Source: the human T2T-CHM13v2.0 reference genome, Homo sapiens
Assembly (NCBI RefSeq): GCF_009914755.1
Contig: NC_060925.1
Direction: 5' to 3' (one strand)
DNA: 64,000 bases
The translations under genes and the position numbers were made by a program. Each line of letters opens with the position of its first letter. The stretch's first letter is position 1. Below the pieces are notes generated by a model. It was not told the origin of the DNA. It did not search any database and worked only from the letters and a program-made list of their open reading frames with translations. Shown here in pieces: positions 15,287-31,134 of the stretch.

Positions 15287-15575
15287 GGCTGGGCACGGTG
15301 GCACATGCCTATAATCCCAGTACTTTGGGAGCCAAGGTGGGAGAATTGCTTGAGTTCAAGAGTTCAAGTCCAACCTGGGCAACATAGTGAGACCTCATCT
15401 CTACAAAAAATAAACAAAATTAGCCAAGCGTGGTGACACATACCTATGGGCCCAGCTACTTGGGAGGCTGAAGTGGGAGGATCACTTAAGTCCAGGAGGT
15501 CAAGGCTGCAGTGAGCTGTGATCGTGCCACTCTACTCCAGCCTGAGTGTCAGAGCAAGGCCTCATCTCCTAAATA
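15287..15575 (+). mobile_element. Alu (J-like)
   Basis: Full dimer; TSD-like ataataatatcta(t/c)atca on both sides. Confidence 0.9.
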
Positions 15576-16617
15576 ATAATAATATCTACATCATGTCATA
15601 CTGGATTACTGTTAGGATTAAATGTCTATAATGTCTATCATTCAGAAGAATTTCAAGAATTAATATTCCAGTGATTTCCTGTTTCTTGACCTGTTCTATC
15701 ACTTAAAATATTTTTTTACTTTGAAAATGTTTTATGGAAGAGGAGAGAATAATATAATGAAACTTATGTATCCATCATCCTTGTCAATAATTATCAATAT
15801 AAGGCCAATCTTGTTTCACCTATGCCCCTACCCACTTCCCCCTTTCTTTTGTTAAACAGTTTTCAAAGTAGTGAGGCATTTCCCTGACATCCTTCAGATG
15901 TGACTAATGGCTTATTTAGGATTATTTTAAAATATTATTAGGAATTCATAGATTTAAACACATTTGTTATGTTTCTCCCTGTTGCAGTTATTATCTTTAT
16001 TGATGCTCAGCTTGACCAGGGAAACCTTATTCTTCTTGGTCTCTGAGTCCTTTTGACATGACTCTACTAGTCTTTGACACGACTCTACTGGTCTTTGACA
16101 CTCTGTTTGCTTTTTTGGTATGACAGTATGTTTAGGCTTATCTTGTATGTTTGCTGCATCAAATTTGGAGTCAGTCATTTCTCCAAGGAGGCCCAATTCC
16201 TTCTTCGGGAATGGTATTTAGAATTCATAATCTGATTGCTAGAGGTGCTCATTCTGACTAGGATGGTCATTGTTTCTAGGCCTTACAGTGAACAGAGCTA
16301 GGAAATGTGCATGCACAGGTGTGTGTGATTAACCTAAAACATATGAAGGACATACTGATACTCCCAGTTCACAGCCAAGACTACAGAATTTTTACGCAAT
16401 CTCATTAATCTTACTTTTGTGTCTCCTTTCAACCAGTAAATCTTGTTTCCAAGCAAGATCAACAGTATTACTCATTTGATTTATTCCCAATGAACATATA
16501 AAATCTCACAATAATAATATTATAGTACCATCAATAATATGGTTATTGAAAACAGTTTAGGATTTCTTGTGGGGCATAAGGTAGTTCTTTTTATCTTTGT
16601 GGTACATCTATCTAAGG

Positions 16618-16820
16618 CTAGCTTGTCCAGCCCACAGGCCACATGCAGTCCAGGATGGCTTTAAATGCAGCTCAACACAAATTCATAAACTTTCTCAAAA
16701 CATGGATTTTTTTGCAATTTATTTTACCTCCTTTTAGTGTTAGTGTATTCTATGTGTGGCCCAAGACAATTCTTCTTCTTGCAGTGTGGCACAGGGAAGC
16801 CAAAAGATTGGACACCCCTG
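16618..16820 (-). mobile_element. MER30 hAT-Charlie MITE, within old antisense L1 sequence
   Basis: Ends gccaaaagattggacacccctg (reverse complement of CAGGGGTGTCCAATCTTTTGGC); internal tgtggcccaagacaattcttcttctt. Confidence 0.85.
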
Positions 16821-16936
16821 ATAAGGATATGCAGTCAAATTACAATTGTTTTAATCTATGTGTAGTATGCCAACCAACTGGGCTCAAAGGTTCATTTGTT
16901 TCATTTTATCTTCATTTTTACATAATTCTTTGAAAC

Positions 16937-18270
<1,334 letters not shown>

Positions 18271-18984
18271 TCCTGCAGACACATTCTAATGTTATAACAA
18301 ATGACTAAATGGAATATGTTATTGCTACCAAGAAAGGTTATATGATTGTTCAGAACTGGTCTTGAACCCTGCTAACTAATGATCTGATCCTGTCTATCAT
18401 GCCTTCTCCCCATGTTACAGATTAAGAAATTGAGTCACACATAGAGAAGTGTCCTACTCTAAATGACATAACAAGCTAGGATTTAAAATTTGCATCTCCT
18501 GACCCTAAAATTGGGTCCCCTTTTAATGTGTTATGGATTTATTTATGGTGAGCTTGGTTTGTTTATCTGTAGACAGAGAAGAAAAACATAGTTCTCCTAG
18601 GAAGCTAAAAAATTAATGAGATGATTATGGGTAAATTCTCCCCTGGTGGAGGAGAGATTCTTCGAGGTATGGCTGAACTTCTTGTGGTGAATAGGGAATC
18701 AGCAATTAGACTGTGGTGTCAGGGCACTAAGAAATGATCTTACAGATAAGAGAGACAATCACCCTTGCAGGATCTGTCCTTTTTTTTTTTTTTTTTTTTT
18801 CTTCCAGAGTGCTTTGAACTTCTTTGAACAAAGATGCTGTTATGCTATGCAAAACTTTACCAATGGATGTGGACAAAAATGTAATTTCCCCAGTGAATGA
18901 GCAAGCTGCAAACCACAAAGGCTTTTTTTTTTCTTCCTTTCTTAGAGTAACCCTGGGGTTCTCCTTTGTGCTTGCTTGAGACAG

Positions 18985-19093
18985 GTTGATTGACTTATGT
19001 GCAATTTGGGACGCTGGAGTTTACCTTCCCTCCGCAGCCTGGAACAGAGCCTCCTCTGGTGTTGCAAGGAAGAGGCTGAATGAGGCAGAGAAG
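18985..19093 (+). other. NFASC: NFASC 5'-UTR non-coding exon (109 nt)
   Basis: Acceptor ...tttgtgcttgcttgagacAG at 18984 and strong donor AAG|GTAAGC at 19093/19094, in non-repetitive sequence. 109 nt plus the 90-nt UTR of the next exon fits my recollection of the c.-199..-91 exon (not verified). An alternative acceptor exists at 18945. Confidence 0.75.
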
Positions 19094-19984
19094 GTAAGCA
19101 GGACTTGGGCCTGGGGTATGTGTCATTGGAGGGGTGAGAATGAGGGGACATTCTCGCCTCCTGCCCCTTCTCTTTGATAAGGGAAGCCTGTTTGCCTGGC
19201 CCCAGGAATCTTCTGAGAGGCATCTCCTTTCTTCTCCCCAGAGATAGAAGCCCTGAGTTGCCACAGAACTGCATGCCAAAGTTCTCCTTGCAAGGAGGCT
19301 GGTGAGGGTAGCGTTTAAGCCTTCCCTGGCAGGGACAGTCAGCCAACATTAGCGCTGGCATTGTCCCAATGTCCACCTAATTGAAAAATTGGGAAACAAC
19401 TTTGTGACCCACACCCTACTTAGTCTCGGCCTCTACAACCTGGATGCTCCTGAGTGACAGCCCTGGCATATGGGAGACAGTCCAAGAACCCCTGCCCTGG
19501 GCGGGGCATTGGGCCCTGGCAGATGGACAGTTATCCAGGCGCAGTAAGCAGCCAAGGCCCACAGCACTTAGCCATGCCCTGTGCCCAGGGTCTGCCTTGT
19601 TCCATTCCGGGTTAGATTTTGCTGCCACTCCCAGCAACTCCTGTTTTACTCTCAGGCCCTGGTAGCCGGGGAGGACATGTGACAACTGAGGGCTGCAATT
19701 TTAACAGAGCAGTAACGGGCAGTAGTGACAGACTGGCCTCCTGGAGGCTGCTGGGCTGAGAGGGTCTGGGCTGGAGGCCTGAGCAGGGCAAAATTTCCTT
19801 ATTCTTTGAGTTTGGGCATCTCTACCTCATCGAAGGTGTCTTTCTCACTCCACCTCACTCTCTTGTTGTCTTTTTTCCTCCCAGAAAGAGTTGGAGCTGG
19901 GGGGAGGGGCGTGGAGAGGGTTGAAAAGTGGAAGCTGAGAGTGCCGACGACATGGACTTGGGATCCAGACACATCTGCTGGAAT

Positions 19985-20160
19985 TCCAGATCCACTTGCT
20001 TTGTGACCTTGGGAACGCTGAACCCCTCTAGGCCTCAGTTTCCTAGTTTGTACAACAGGGATAATAACCAACATTTTGTGGTAAAGATTAAAGAGTAAAT
20101 ATATAAACAGATGAAGAGCCCTGCAGAGTGCCTGGCTCATTTAATCAATGAGGGTTATTA
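19985..20160 (+). mobile_element. MIR
   Basis: tgtgaccttggg...ggcctcagtttcct...ggataata core. Confidence 0.75.
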
Positions 20161-21254
20161 TGATTTCTCATATCAATGGCAATTCAGATATAGTTTTTTT
20201 TTTTATCAAGGTAGTTTCTTGTGTGGGCCCTTTAGGGCCACCACTTATCTCAGAACAGTGTCAGGTTTCAGAGACCACCTGGGAAATTCCTCTGACCTTA
20301 GGGCTTTTTCACCCTGTCATTGTTACTAAACATTGAACTTGAACATACTGACTGACAGTGTGTGTTTTGGCAGGGGTGGCGCGGGCAGGGGGTGCATGCC
20401 ATTCTTTTACTACACGTGGAGGAGTATGATTGCAAAAGCGGTGTACCCATTTATTTAAACGGGTACGAAGTATATATGAAACTGGATGGGGACAGAATCG
20501 GGTAGTTAATGCAGCTCTGTGTCACCAAGTCCCCGCTCTTGGCACTTTCCCATGCACCCTTCCCACTCTCTATCCCTGTCCCTCCACAGCTCTCTCTGAA
20601 CATTCACTCTAGGTAACCTGACCAGATCCCCACCTAAGGAACCCCGGGGGCTGGCTTCTCTGATGACAGCAGCCTCACTGTCCGACAGCAGATATGGCTG
20701 CCCTGGAGTCGTGCCCTGCCACCTCCTGCCTGACCAGAATAGATTCGTTCTGGCTCGTACTTCTGGACACCGCCAGTCTAACCAGCAAAATCGAATATCG
20801 GTTCTGAGCTTAATCCTTTTAATAGTGTTTCCATTTACATTAATTGTGTCATTTGACTGTCAACACAATTCAGTGATATGAGCAAGGCTGCTGTCATCAT
20901 TCCCATTTGATTGGTGAATAAACTAAGGCTCTCTGAGAAGTTATTTCCCCCAAGGTTTCGCAAAACTAATTAGCAAAAGAGCCCCTCCTAGGCTTGGATG
21001 CGCTGAATTGTAGACTGTTTTTCTCGCTGTGATATCACACTGCCTCCTCCAGTCTGAGGCACCCACAAATCATGAAGGGGGAGTACCTATCAAAGGACTT
21101 TCAGACACACAGAGGAACCTTAAAAAAGACATAAGACTGCAGAGACTGCTTGCCAGCAGGACATACGGCTGTTGAGCGTACAGTAAGTTCTGAGAGAAGG
21201 GAAGCTGACCCAGGCTTCTTTAGATGATGATAATCGTCATCATTATAATAATCA

Positions 21255-21445
21255 GCATCTCAGCACTCCCCGTGCACCAGGCACTGTGCCCTGCGCTCCA
21301 TCCTCCCACAGTGGCCCCATGAAGTAGGGCCCATTATTACCCGTGTTTTACTGATGGCAGAATAAAAGTCCACAGAGGTTAAGGAACTTGCCCAAAGCCC
21401 CCCATCTAAGAAAGGGCCTGGATTCAAATCCTGTGGTCCAACTCT
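21255..21445 (-). mobile_element. MIR
   Basis: cacagaggttaaggaacttgcccaaag...ggattcaaatcc antisense core. Confidence 0.7.
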
Positions 21446-23118
21446 GGCACCTGTGTGGCAACCATTTGGGTTTGGGGCTGGCTGTGTATTTAGGGTGGCT
21501 CATTCCAAGATTCACTGGAAACACTGCGTAGCTGTTTCTGAGCAAGTGTTCCCCGGGGCTGCAGGTGTGAGCTCTGAAACCGCCTAAGGAGGAAGCCCTC
21601 CGTTTATCTGCGTCTTCTCCCTTTGTTGGAAGCCACTGCCATATGGAGCTGCCCCAAGCGTCTGCTCCTGAGCCGCCCCTCCCTCCTCCTCCCACTCCAG
21701 CATGCAGCACCCTCCAAGCTCAGGCTTCGTCTCTCCCCTTCCCTCCCGCCATCCCCAGTACGTCCACTCCTTGTCACCTCCCATCACGGGAAGCAGACAC
21801 TGGCCCTCTGATGCAAGGCAGAGAAACCACTGAGCTTCCCCAGGCCTTCAATTTCCCAAAAGGATCTATTTGATTAATTGCACTCACACTCCTAAGTCCC
21901 TCTGCCTGTCAGAGAGAAGCTGGGCCTCCTCTCTCCAGAAACATTGACACAGGCCCCCTTGGACAGCATGGGCCCAGGACACACAACTGTGGATCACTGA
22001 GGGTGGGACCATGGAGCTTCATTAGGAACTGTCTTCCCCACCTGCTGCCCCCAAACCGATTTCAGGCCCCTGAGGCAGGCACCTGAGGCAGCCCCCATGC
22101 TTAGCCCCATTTTCCTGTGGGCACCGAGACCTGTAGGGTAAGTGTGGGGTACATGAGTGTCAACGGTGAAAGCTACTGCCCTAATAGCTTGTGCTGTTTA
22201 CCTCCTTTCTGCTGCAGTGATGCAATCATGTCTAGACCCCTCTCAGCCTTTCCTGCTGCCTCGCCAAGCCCACCTTTCCACCAGAGGCTGGGCTGTTTGA
22301 AACAGCATGTCACCTGTGAGTTTCTAATAAGAGGACCATATGCTCTAGCAAAGGGAGGCCCTTCTAGGGCATAAGACAGCAAGGTTTCCTCCACACCACT
22401 GGAGCTAAGAGTCTTTGGTATAAGCACTTGCAGCCGCCAGCGCTTTGCAACCAGACTTCTAGACAAATGGTGCATCTTATAACTCAGGAAAATCCTCATT
22501 CTGTTGGCTGCCTCCCCCTTTTTGCTCCCACCTCCCCTCCCCCATGCCTCCTGTATTTTCACATCTCCTCCAGCCTGTAGAAGCCTGCCAGGATAGCAGT
22601 TGGATCCAGACTGATGTCTGTATGGGATGTAAATGCAGAAGGCTGCAGGGAGGGAGAGAAGGAACAGGTGCTGCTCCCTCCTGCTGTCTTAGTTCTTTCC
22701 TCTCTATGCTCCCGCTTATCACATCAGACAGGAATTTAAAAAATGCAACCGGGGATGTGCTGTCCTTGAAATATCAGCAGCTAAACCAATATTGGCAGCT
22801 GAATTGATGTCAATTCAGAAGACCCAGCTCCCTCTCTGGGGCTGACTCCAGCTGTTTGGTGGATGTCAGAGCTGGTGGGACATTGGTGGAAGAAGCTGGG
22901 GTGGAGTGCTTTGCTTGTAGAAACCATGGCAAAGGCAGGAGAGAGGGGAGCCCAGAGGGGATTTGGCTGGCCTGGGATTTTATAGGAGCCTCCCTTCCTC
23001 TCTGGTCTAAAGTAGACTGCCTGTGCAGATAACCATCTGTTGGCTCTAAGAGTAAACAATAATTCCTTAGGTATAGAGCTAGGGTATGGTGTCTGCACAG
23101 GCATCGTCTCCACTGTAG

Positions 23119-23507
<389 letters not shown>

Positions 23508-24734
23508 AAGAAAGGACCAATAGTTTTTGAATGCCAGCTATGTGCCAGGCCTTGGATTAGGTGCTATACATGTACATTAGCTCATTAATTCATTTAGGAA
23601 TTGTCACAGCAACCTTGTAATAAATAAGTGCATTTATCCCACTTTTAAACATAAGAAAACAGAGAGAGAGAATAAACCGCGGAAGACCATGTAGCAGGTA
23701 AATGGCTAGGTGGGAGGGAAACTCAGGTGTGTGTGGCTGCAAGTCACATGTGCCAGCTGGATTAAACATGCTTCCTTGTGAGACTAAATCTCTGCATCTT
23801 GTCTGGTATGTTTCCCCTGGTCTGCATGGCTTCCCAGCTAGTGGTTTGTCATTCACCAGTTTATTAAGCCCAGCCCTGTTCTGCTTTGAGTTAATACTCA
23901 CTTCTGTGAAGGGCCAAAGAAAAAGTAAAAGGCTCTTCCTTTGCCCTCAAGAAGCTCATAATCTGGCTAAGAGACTGAAAGTCATCTCTCTTTTCCCCAA
24001 CCCAAGTTTCTTCTGCTACAGTCTTGCCCCTCTTTCTTTCCCTGCTCAAGCTCAGCCTATGGTTTTCAAATGGCTTTAGGACTATGGTCTGTTGAAACTA
24101 GGCTTGCAATCCACCCAATAGAGGACAGAATAAGCAGCTTGATTTGAGTGATGTCATGAGCAGATGTGTCCAGATGGTGGGTCCTCAGATGGACAATGGT
24201 CTGGATTTCAAATGGACAGCCCACTTAGGGAGCTTGGCAGGGCCCAGGGTGAGGAAGCTGGGGTTGGAGATAAGGATGGCTGGTGGAGTCGCACAGATAT
24301 CTCTTGGGAAAGCTGCTCAGGGAGGGAGAGGTTTCTGGCCATTCTAGAGCCACCTTCCTTTTGTACAGCATTTTATAATTTACTGTGGAGATAGAGACCA
24401 GACAGTTTGTGACTTGCTCAAGGTGACATACAAGATCTTAGCCCTAGGTCTTTTTTTTTTTTAATTAACCAATCTTCAATGTATTAAAATTACAAATCCC
24501 CAAACCTAATTATTCCTTAAACTTTTTACCTCAATCAACAAATTTTACAATTTTCTTCATGAATCTTATAGATTTTAGCAATCACTTACTTGGTTTTATT
24601 AATAAACTTAGTTAATTTAATTCCTTTGAACATTTGAAACTGTATGTGTAAATTTATCCATTTTCCTTTTCAAAGTATCACAGTTTTTTTTCTAACAAAG
24701 GCTTCCAAGTCCTTATGTAATTCTTTTTTCATGT

Positions 24735-25066
<332 letters not shown>

Positions 25067-25145
25067 CTTATTACTATTTTTAAATGACAGCTTTATTGAG
25101 ATACAATTCATGTTATAATATTTACTATATAAATTATAGAATTCA

Positions 25146-25535
<390 letters not shown>

Positions 25536-28038
25536 TTATCGCCACTCCCAGCCCCCGCAAGAATCTATGCCATTGTTAGTCACTCCTCTTCCCCACCTCC
25601 ACCCCCAGCCCTAGGCAACCACTGATCTATTTTCTAGAGATTTGCCTATTCTGGACATTTCATATAAATGGAATCATACAATATGCGGTCTTTGTGTCTG
25701 GCTTCTTTTCCTTAGCAAGATGTTTTGAGAGTTCCCCACATCAGTAATTCATTTCTTTTTATGGCTGAATGATATTCCTCTGTGTAGATATACTGCATTT
25801 TGCTTATTCATCTGATGGAATTACTGGGTCATACTGTAGGTCTGTGTTTGACCTTTTGAAGATCCCTAGACCTTTTAATGCTAATTCCAAGGCCCCTTTC
25901 TGGACTTCTACCTTCAGCTCCTGAAGTATTTTTATACTCTACAAAAGTATACTCTATAAAAAATACTCTCTACCACCTGGGTCCCTCCTCCTTAGCCTTC
26001 CCAAATCTTGGGTCCCCACCCTTAGGGACCTGTCACACAAGATTATCACTCCCCACCTCACCATCCCCCTCCCTCTGACCACTCTTCTTTAATGACAGAG
26101 CCCCTGGAGACAGCTGCTGCCTGACACCTTGATACCCCACGCCTTCTCCACCCACTTGGAGCCGGGAGGGGGTGGGGTAACTTCACAAGCCTCTCCCTCC
26201 AGCTGTGAAGAAGGATGTGTGTCTAATTGCTGTGAAAACTTCCTCCCTGAGGGGAGCAGACAGGGAGCCAAGGCAAGTGAGAAGCTGGGTTCTTGAATTG
26301 TAGAGAGGTGGGGGCTCTTCTCCGTGGTGGTGGGATCGGAATTCCTCCCCAGAGGGGGGAGTTCGCTTCTTGCTTTTCAGCAGGTGGAGGCAGGCAATAC
26401 ACCCTAGTGGTAACACCTTAACTTGTTTTCTTTACATCCTGTTTTACCTGCTAATCTTTGTATGGCAGGAGACTGGTCAGGCTGTCAGTGACTAGTAGGG
26501 CCTGAATACATCCACTCACAGATAATCCACAAATCTTATTTAAGCCAGCCCTTCACAGGGTGTTGGGTCAGCTAATCAGGAGGGTATACCGACTACATTT
26601 GAGCATCTTTTCCATTTCATGCATGTTCCCTAGTCCTGCCCCTAGGAGCATGAATGAGTAAGCAGTAATGAGGAAAAACCCCACAGCCCCAAAGACCCGT
26701 AGAAAGCTGGCTGGATTGTAGAGTCGGCGATGTCCTCCCCAGTGTATCCATTGACTGCCAGTCTGTGTGGTGTGGGTGTCAACGACAAAGCTGGGCTGTA
26801 GACCAGGGACACCTATGCACTTTGGGCTTCCTTGCTGTGCCAGGCTGCAATGTGCCAAGCTCCAGTTAGTGGGCCTTGGGTCAAAGAGACAGCATGAAGC
26901 AGCAACCACATTTTCTCCATATACAAGGATATAAATACAATGACGTGAGTTGTACCATTGTTGTAATAGGGGGGAAAATAAAGAAAAACAACTTAAAGGT
27001 CCATAACAAGTGGATGGTTAAAAGATTTGTGGCAGTCCCACACAATGGAGTTACAACAAAGAACACAGACGTCTCTGTGTCCAAGCTATATGGCTTGATA
27101 ACCCAGCTAGTTGTGGTGTGGCAGTGAGATGCAGGCACCTCCCACCCTAGAAGTGGCTGCACTTTATTGGTGGGTTCAGGCTTTTTGTGGGGCTCTGGTC
27201 CTGCTGGTGGCTTATGAATAACATGGCGCCTCATAAAGAGTTTTCGCCCTAGAGAGCCTGGTGTGAATACGAGGTATTCATTAGATCTTCATGGTGGTCA
27301 CCTAGAGGGAAAAGTCCCTTTCTTCTTTCCCAGCCCTTCCCTCTTCCCCAGCTTAATAATAGCCAAGAGGTTTAGGTTTCAACCTATAGATTAGTTCCGA
27401 GTGTTGAGCAGGAAACAGCTGTTTTTCAGCCAAATCCCTAATCCTAAAACCAGGTGTCCCCCTCCACCCCATCCCCAGGAGGGAATCAGGACCACCTGAT
27501 ACCATTTCCCTCCCCCATCCCCCTGACCCATGTGAACTTAGCCAAGGCAGGGAAAGACAGGCTAGGCCTGCTGAGTGCTATCAATGGTTAAACACACAGC
27601 CCCTCACTCCTCCCAGATCTCTGCCCCTGACAATGAAGGGGAGCCAAGCGTGAAACACAGCCAGTGAGCAGATGGAGACCACCCCCATCCAACCCTGAGG
27701 AGGGAGGAGGGGGAAGCAGGGAGTCAAATCCCATATACAGGGTTTCCTGGGCTAAGTGAAAATTCTAGAAGACAATGACTGGTTGACCCCACACCGGCCA
27801 GGAAGCTGGGTTTCTCTCCCTGAGTGTGGGGGAGGCCGAGGTCCTGAAGCAGGCTGGTGAGTGCTTTCCTCTGCTGCCAAGTCCTGCCCTGGAGAGTTTG
27901 GTATAGTTACTGCCTCTTCTAAAAGGGGAGGTGGGAGGATTGTGTGGGCAGACTGACTTTCTTAGAAGTTGCTGAGACATGGGGTCATTTCATCCAGGGT
28001 AAAGAAGAGATATGGTGAGATGTAATTCTGTGGCAGGT

Positions 28039-28096
28039 GCTCCCTGGGGAATGGGAGCTGGGGAGTCGCTCCCTGGGGAATGGGAGCTGGGGAGTC
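28039..28096. repeat. Perfect 29-bp tandem duplication GCTCCCTGGGGAATGGGAGCTGGGGAGTC x2
   Basis: Read directly: 28039-28067 and 28068-28096. Confidence 0.95.
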
Positions 28097-30916
28097 CCTC
28101 CCTGCCTCTTCCCCTTCTAATCTTATTTTCTTCCAGAGATCCCTCTTTCTCCACTTGCTTGGTGTTCTGTCTCTTTGGGATGGGCTAGGCATCAATAGGG
28201 GGCAGTTTGAGTTTCCTAGGAGACTCATAGTTCTGGCCTTCAGATGCCTGTGAGCTGGAAGGAATGGAACACGGCTGGGTCACCATCTGTTGCATCGTTC
28301 CTTCCTTGGCATGGGAGAGATGGAAGGGAGGTGGCCATGGGGATCAGAGGGCAGGAGGGGAAGTGGCGGACGGTGGCCCTCAGTCATGCCTAGCCGATCC
28401 CTGGGCTGAAGGCAGATTTCAGAACCCAGTGCAGCCAAGCCAGAGCCTCAGGATGAAAGAGAAAGGAAGAGACTGAGAATGGAGGTGTTGTTGATTCTGA
28501 GGCTGCTGCCTGGGGTGTCTGAATCCCTCAATTCTGAGAGTCTGTAGAGTGGAGCAAATAGGGTGACATTGAGTGTGGCCCTGACAGGTCAGACAGAAAG
28601 CTCTGAGAGTCAGCAGGGGGAGATTTGAGAAAGAAAGATGAGCATGTCTGCAGAGCCGGGGCAGGCTCTGCTACAGGGACAGGATGCTGGTTAGATGTTA
28701 TTGTTAGGTTATTGCTTTTGTTGTTATTACTCAGGCTTATACTGTACAACAGATCTATCCCGTGTTATAGCAACCAAGGATTTATTGTACTGATTCATTG
28801 ATGAGCTATTAAAATATCTCCCAGTAATAGGAAGTATCTGATAGGATGTCTGTCCACTCATCCCACGTGTGTTTATTGTACTGTCTCAGGAGAGACAAGA
28901 CATGGACTCTGAGCTTAACATCAGAGTCTGATGCAGGAGATGGATTTGGGAATAAACTCATCCCATGAGGCAGGAGGAAATGACCAGTGGAACAGAGCAT
29001 GGGGCATGCTAGGAAGCACAAGAGAAACTGCCACCCACTTTCAATGGGAAGGCAGCAACCCTGTTGTGGAGGGGTGGCCCACTTAGGGCCTTGGCAAAAA
29101 GGGAATTTGCACTGTGGAGAAGGAAGAGAATAGCATTTCTGGCGTCAGCAAAGTGGGAGCAGAGATGGCAGGAGGTGCAGAAAGCACGTGGCCTATACAG
29201 GCCTGGAGGCTGGTGTGGGGATATAGGAGGGCAGATGCTGGGAGAGGAGAAGCCACACAGGGGTCAGGAGCTGGGTCATACCAGGGCTTGAGGGCTGCTC
29301 TGAGAAGGCAGATTTTATCCCTCAGATTCCTGGATGACTTTTTCTGGACAAATCCTGGAGTTGTCCTGGATGACAAATGTAATAGAGGCTAGGCCCAGGC
29401 AGGACACACACTGGCTCCTTATTCTTTAAGAAGAAGAAAAAAAAAAGAATATGAATGAGAATGTAGTTATTATAATGTTAATAACCTGAGCTGCTCTGCA
29501 AACATTATTACTTTGTATTAGGAACAAATTTCTTGACAAATACATATGATCATTAGTTCCAACTAAAAGGAGCTGCTGCCTGTCCACATGGAACCCTCCA
29601 TCCCAATGAGGGATAAATCTGAGCTCTTTTCAGATCTCCCGTGTACCCACATGCATACTCCTTAATTTTGTATACTTCTATTTCCTCCTATTTCAGCTCC
29701 TCTCTCTCAGTCCTGAACAAGTTGTTTCCAGGCAGCTGTAGTGATAAGCCCTGCTACATTTTTTTATCCCAATGCAGAATGGCTGAGTTTTGCATTGGCT
29801 CTGTTGGGCTTTTATTATCTCTTTGTTCCCCAACAATTTCCTGTGGCAGTGATGTGTGAATGTATTTCTCCCTTGGTTCTTGTAGTACTATTCTAGTCAC
29901 TTGACTAGTTTATTCTAAGAACTAATTGCTGGCATGTGGCCTTGGTAGCAGTAATCTGTTGGTGTATCCCTAGGCACTAACTCATGTGCACAACCTTGGA
30001 ATACCTGACGAACTGTTTCATTCATGGCTCTTAGACATTTCAAACTGAATATATTCTGTTCCATGCTTGTGATCTCCCTGCATCCCAGTGACTACCAGAC
30101 TCACTCTCCCTTCTGTGTTCTTGGTGTCAATTATTAGAGTCATCCTAGTCCAGTTTCCCAAGCTAGAAACCTTGATGCCATCCTTCTTCTTGCTTCTACT
30201 ACCGGTCAGTCATCAGATCCTATTCTAACACAAAAACAGTCCTCAACAGGCTTTGGAGAACATTAAACCATCCTTCTATCATGATCTCCCCTTTTCTCTC
30301 TCACTCTGACCAGGGCCACCTGTGGAATCTGGAAGAAGGCAAGTGAAGTGAAGCGGGAGAGGAGACATGGGCTGAGCAACCTCACTCTGGGCTTCACTCC
30401 CAGAATAAGGGGATACTATAAGGCAGAGTGTGGCCTGCAGCTAAGCCCCAGACCAGCCCCTGAGAGGCAGAATATAGGTCTCCGTTGGGTCAGGTTTACC
30501 CTATATTCAGAGAAAACATAAAGGTCTTGCTTTTAGTGACGTCACTTGAGTTTGTCAGGAAGGAATGCACTAAGAAAAAGTAAAAACAGCTTTATGTTCC
30601 TGTGCAGTATTTTATTTAGTTCTTATAACAACCATCTGAAAAAGTCAGTAATGCAGTAATATTTATTTCCATTTTTGAGATTTTTTAAAGGCTTGGAAAA
30701 CAAGTAATTTGTAAAAGATAAGAGGCAGGATTGAAACCTTTACCTGGATCTTCCATTCCATAAATATTCCTTGCCAGGGACTATGCTGGCCACTCGGCAC
30801 ACAGGAATGAACAGGACACGGTGTCAGCCTCAAGAATTTCACTAAGATTGACAGCGTTTGCAAAAGGCATTTAAAAAAAAAAAAGAATTTCACAAAGTGG
30901 GGAGAAAGATTAAGTC

Positions 30917-31134
30917 AGAAGTTAGCAAACTACAGCCTCTGGGCCAGGTCCAGACCAATATCTGCCTGTTTTTGTCAATACAGTCTTATTGGAACTGAGA
31001 CACGCCTGTTCACTCACTGTCTGTGGCTGCTTTCACACTGCGAAGGTAAAGTTCAGTAGTCGTGACAGAAAGTGCGTGCCTCACAAAGCCTAAGATAGTC
31101 ACTATCTGGACGTTTACAGATGTTTCCCACCCTT
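30917..31134 (+). mobile_element. MER58A-like hAT MITE inside L2 remnants (about 30760-32200)
   Basis: gcaaactacagcc...gcctgtttttgt...ttattggaac...tggctgctttcac...aaagcctaa...actatctgg. Confidence 0.8.

Noticed and set aside
16052-16101. 21-bp tandem repeat of about 2.4 units; similar short duplications at 10283-10312 and 48329-48363
   Set aside because: Ordinary slippage duplications, mostly in old repeats; no spacer structure, not CRISPR-like.
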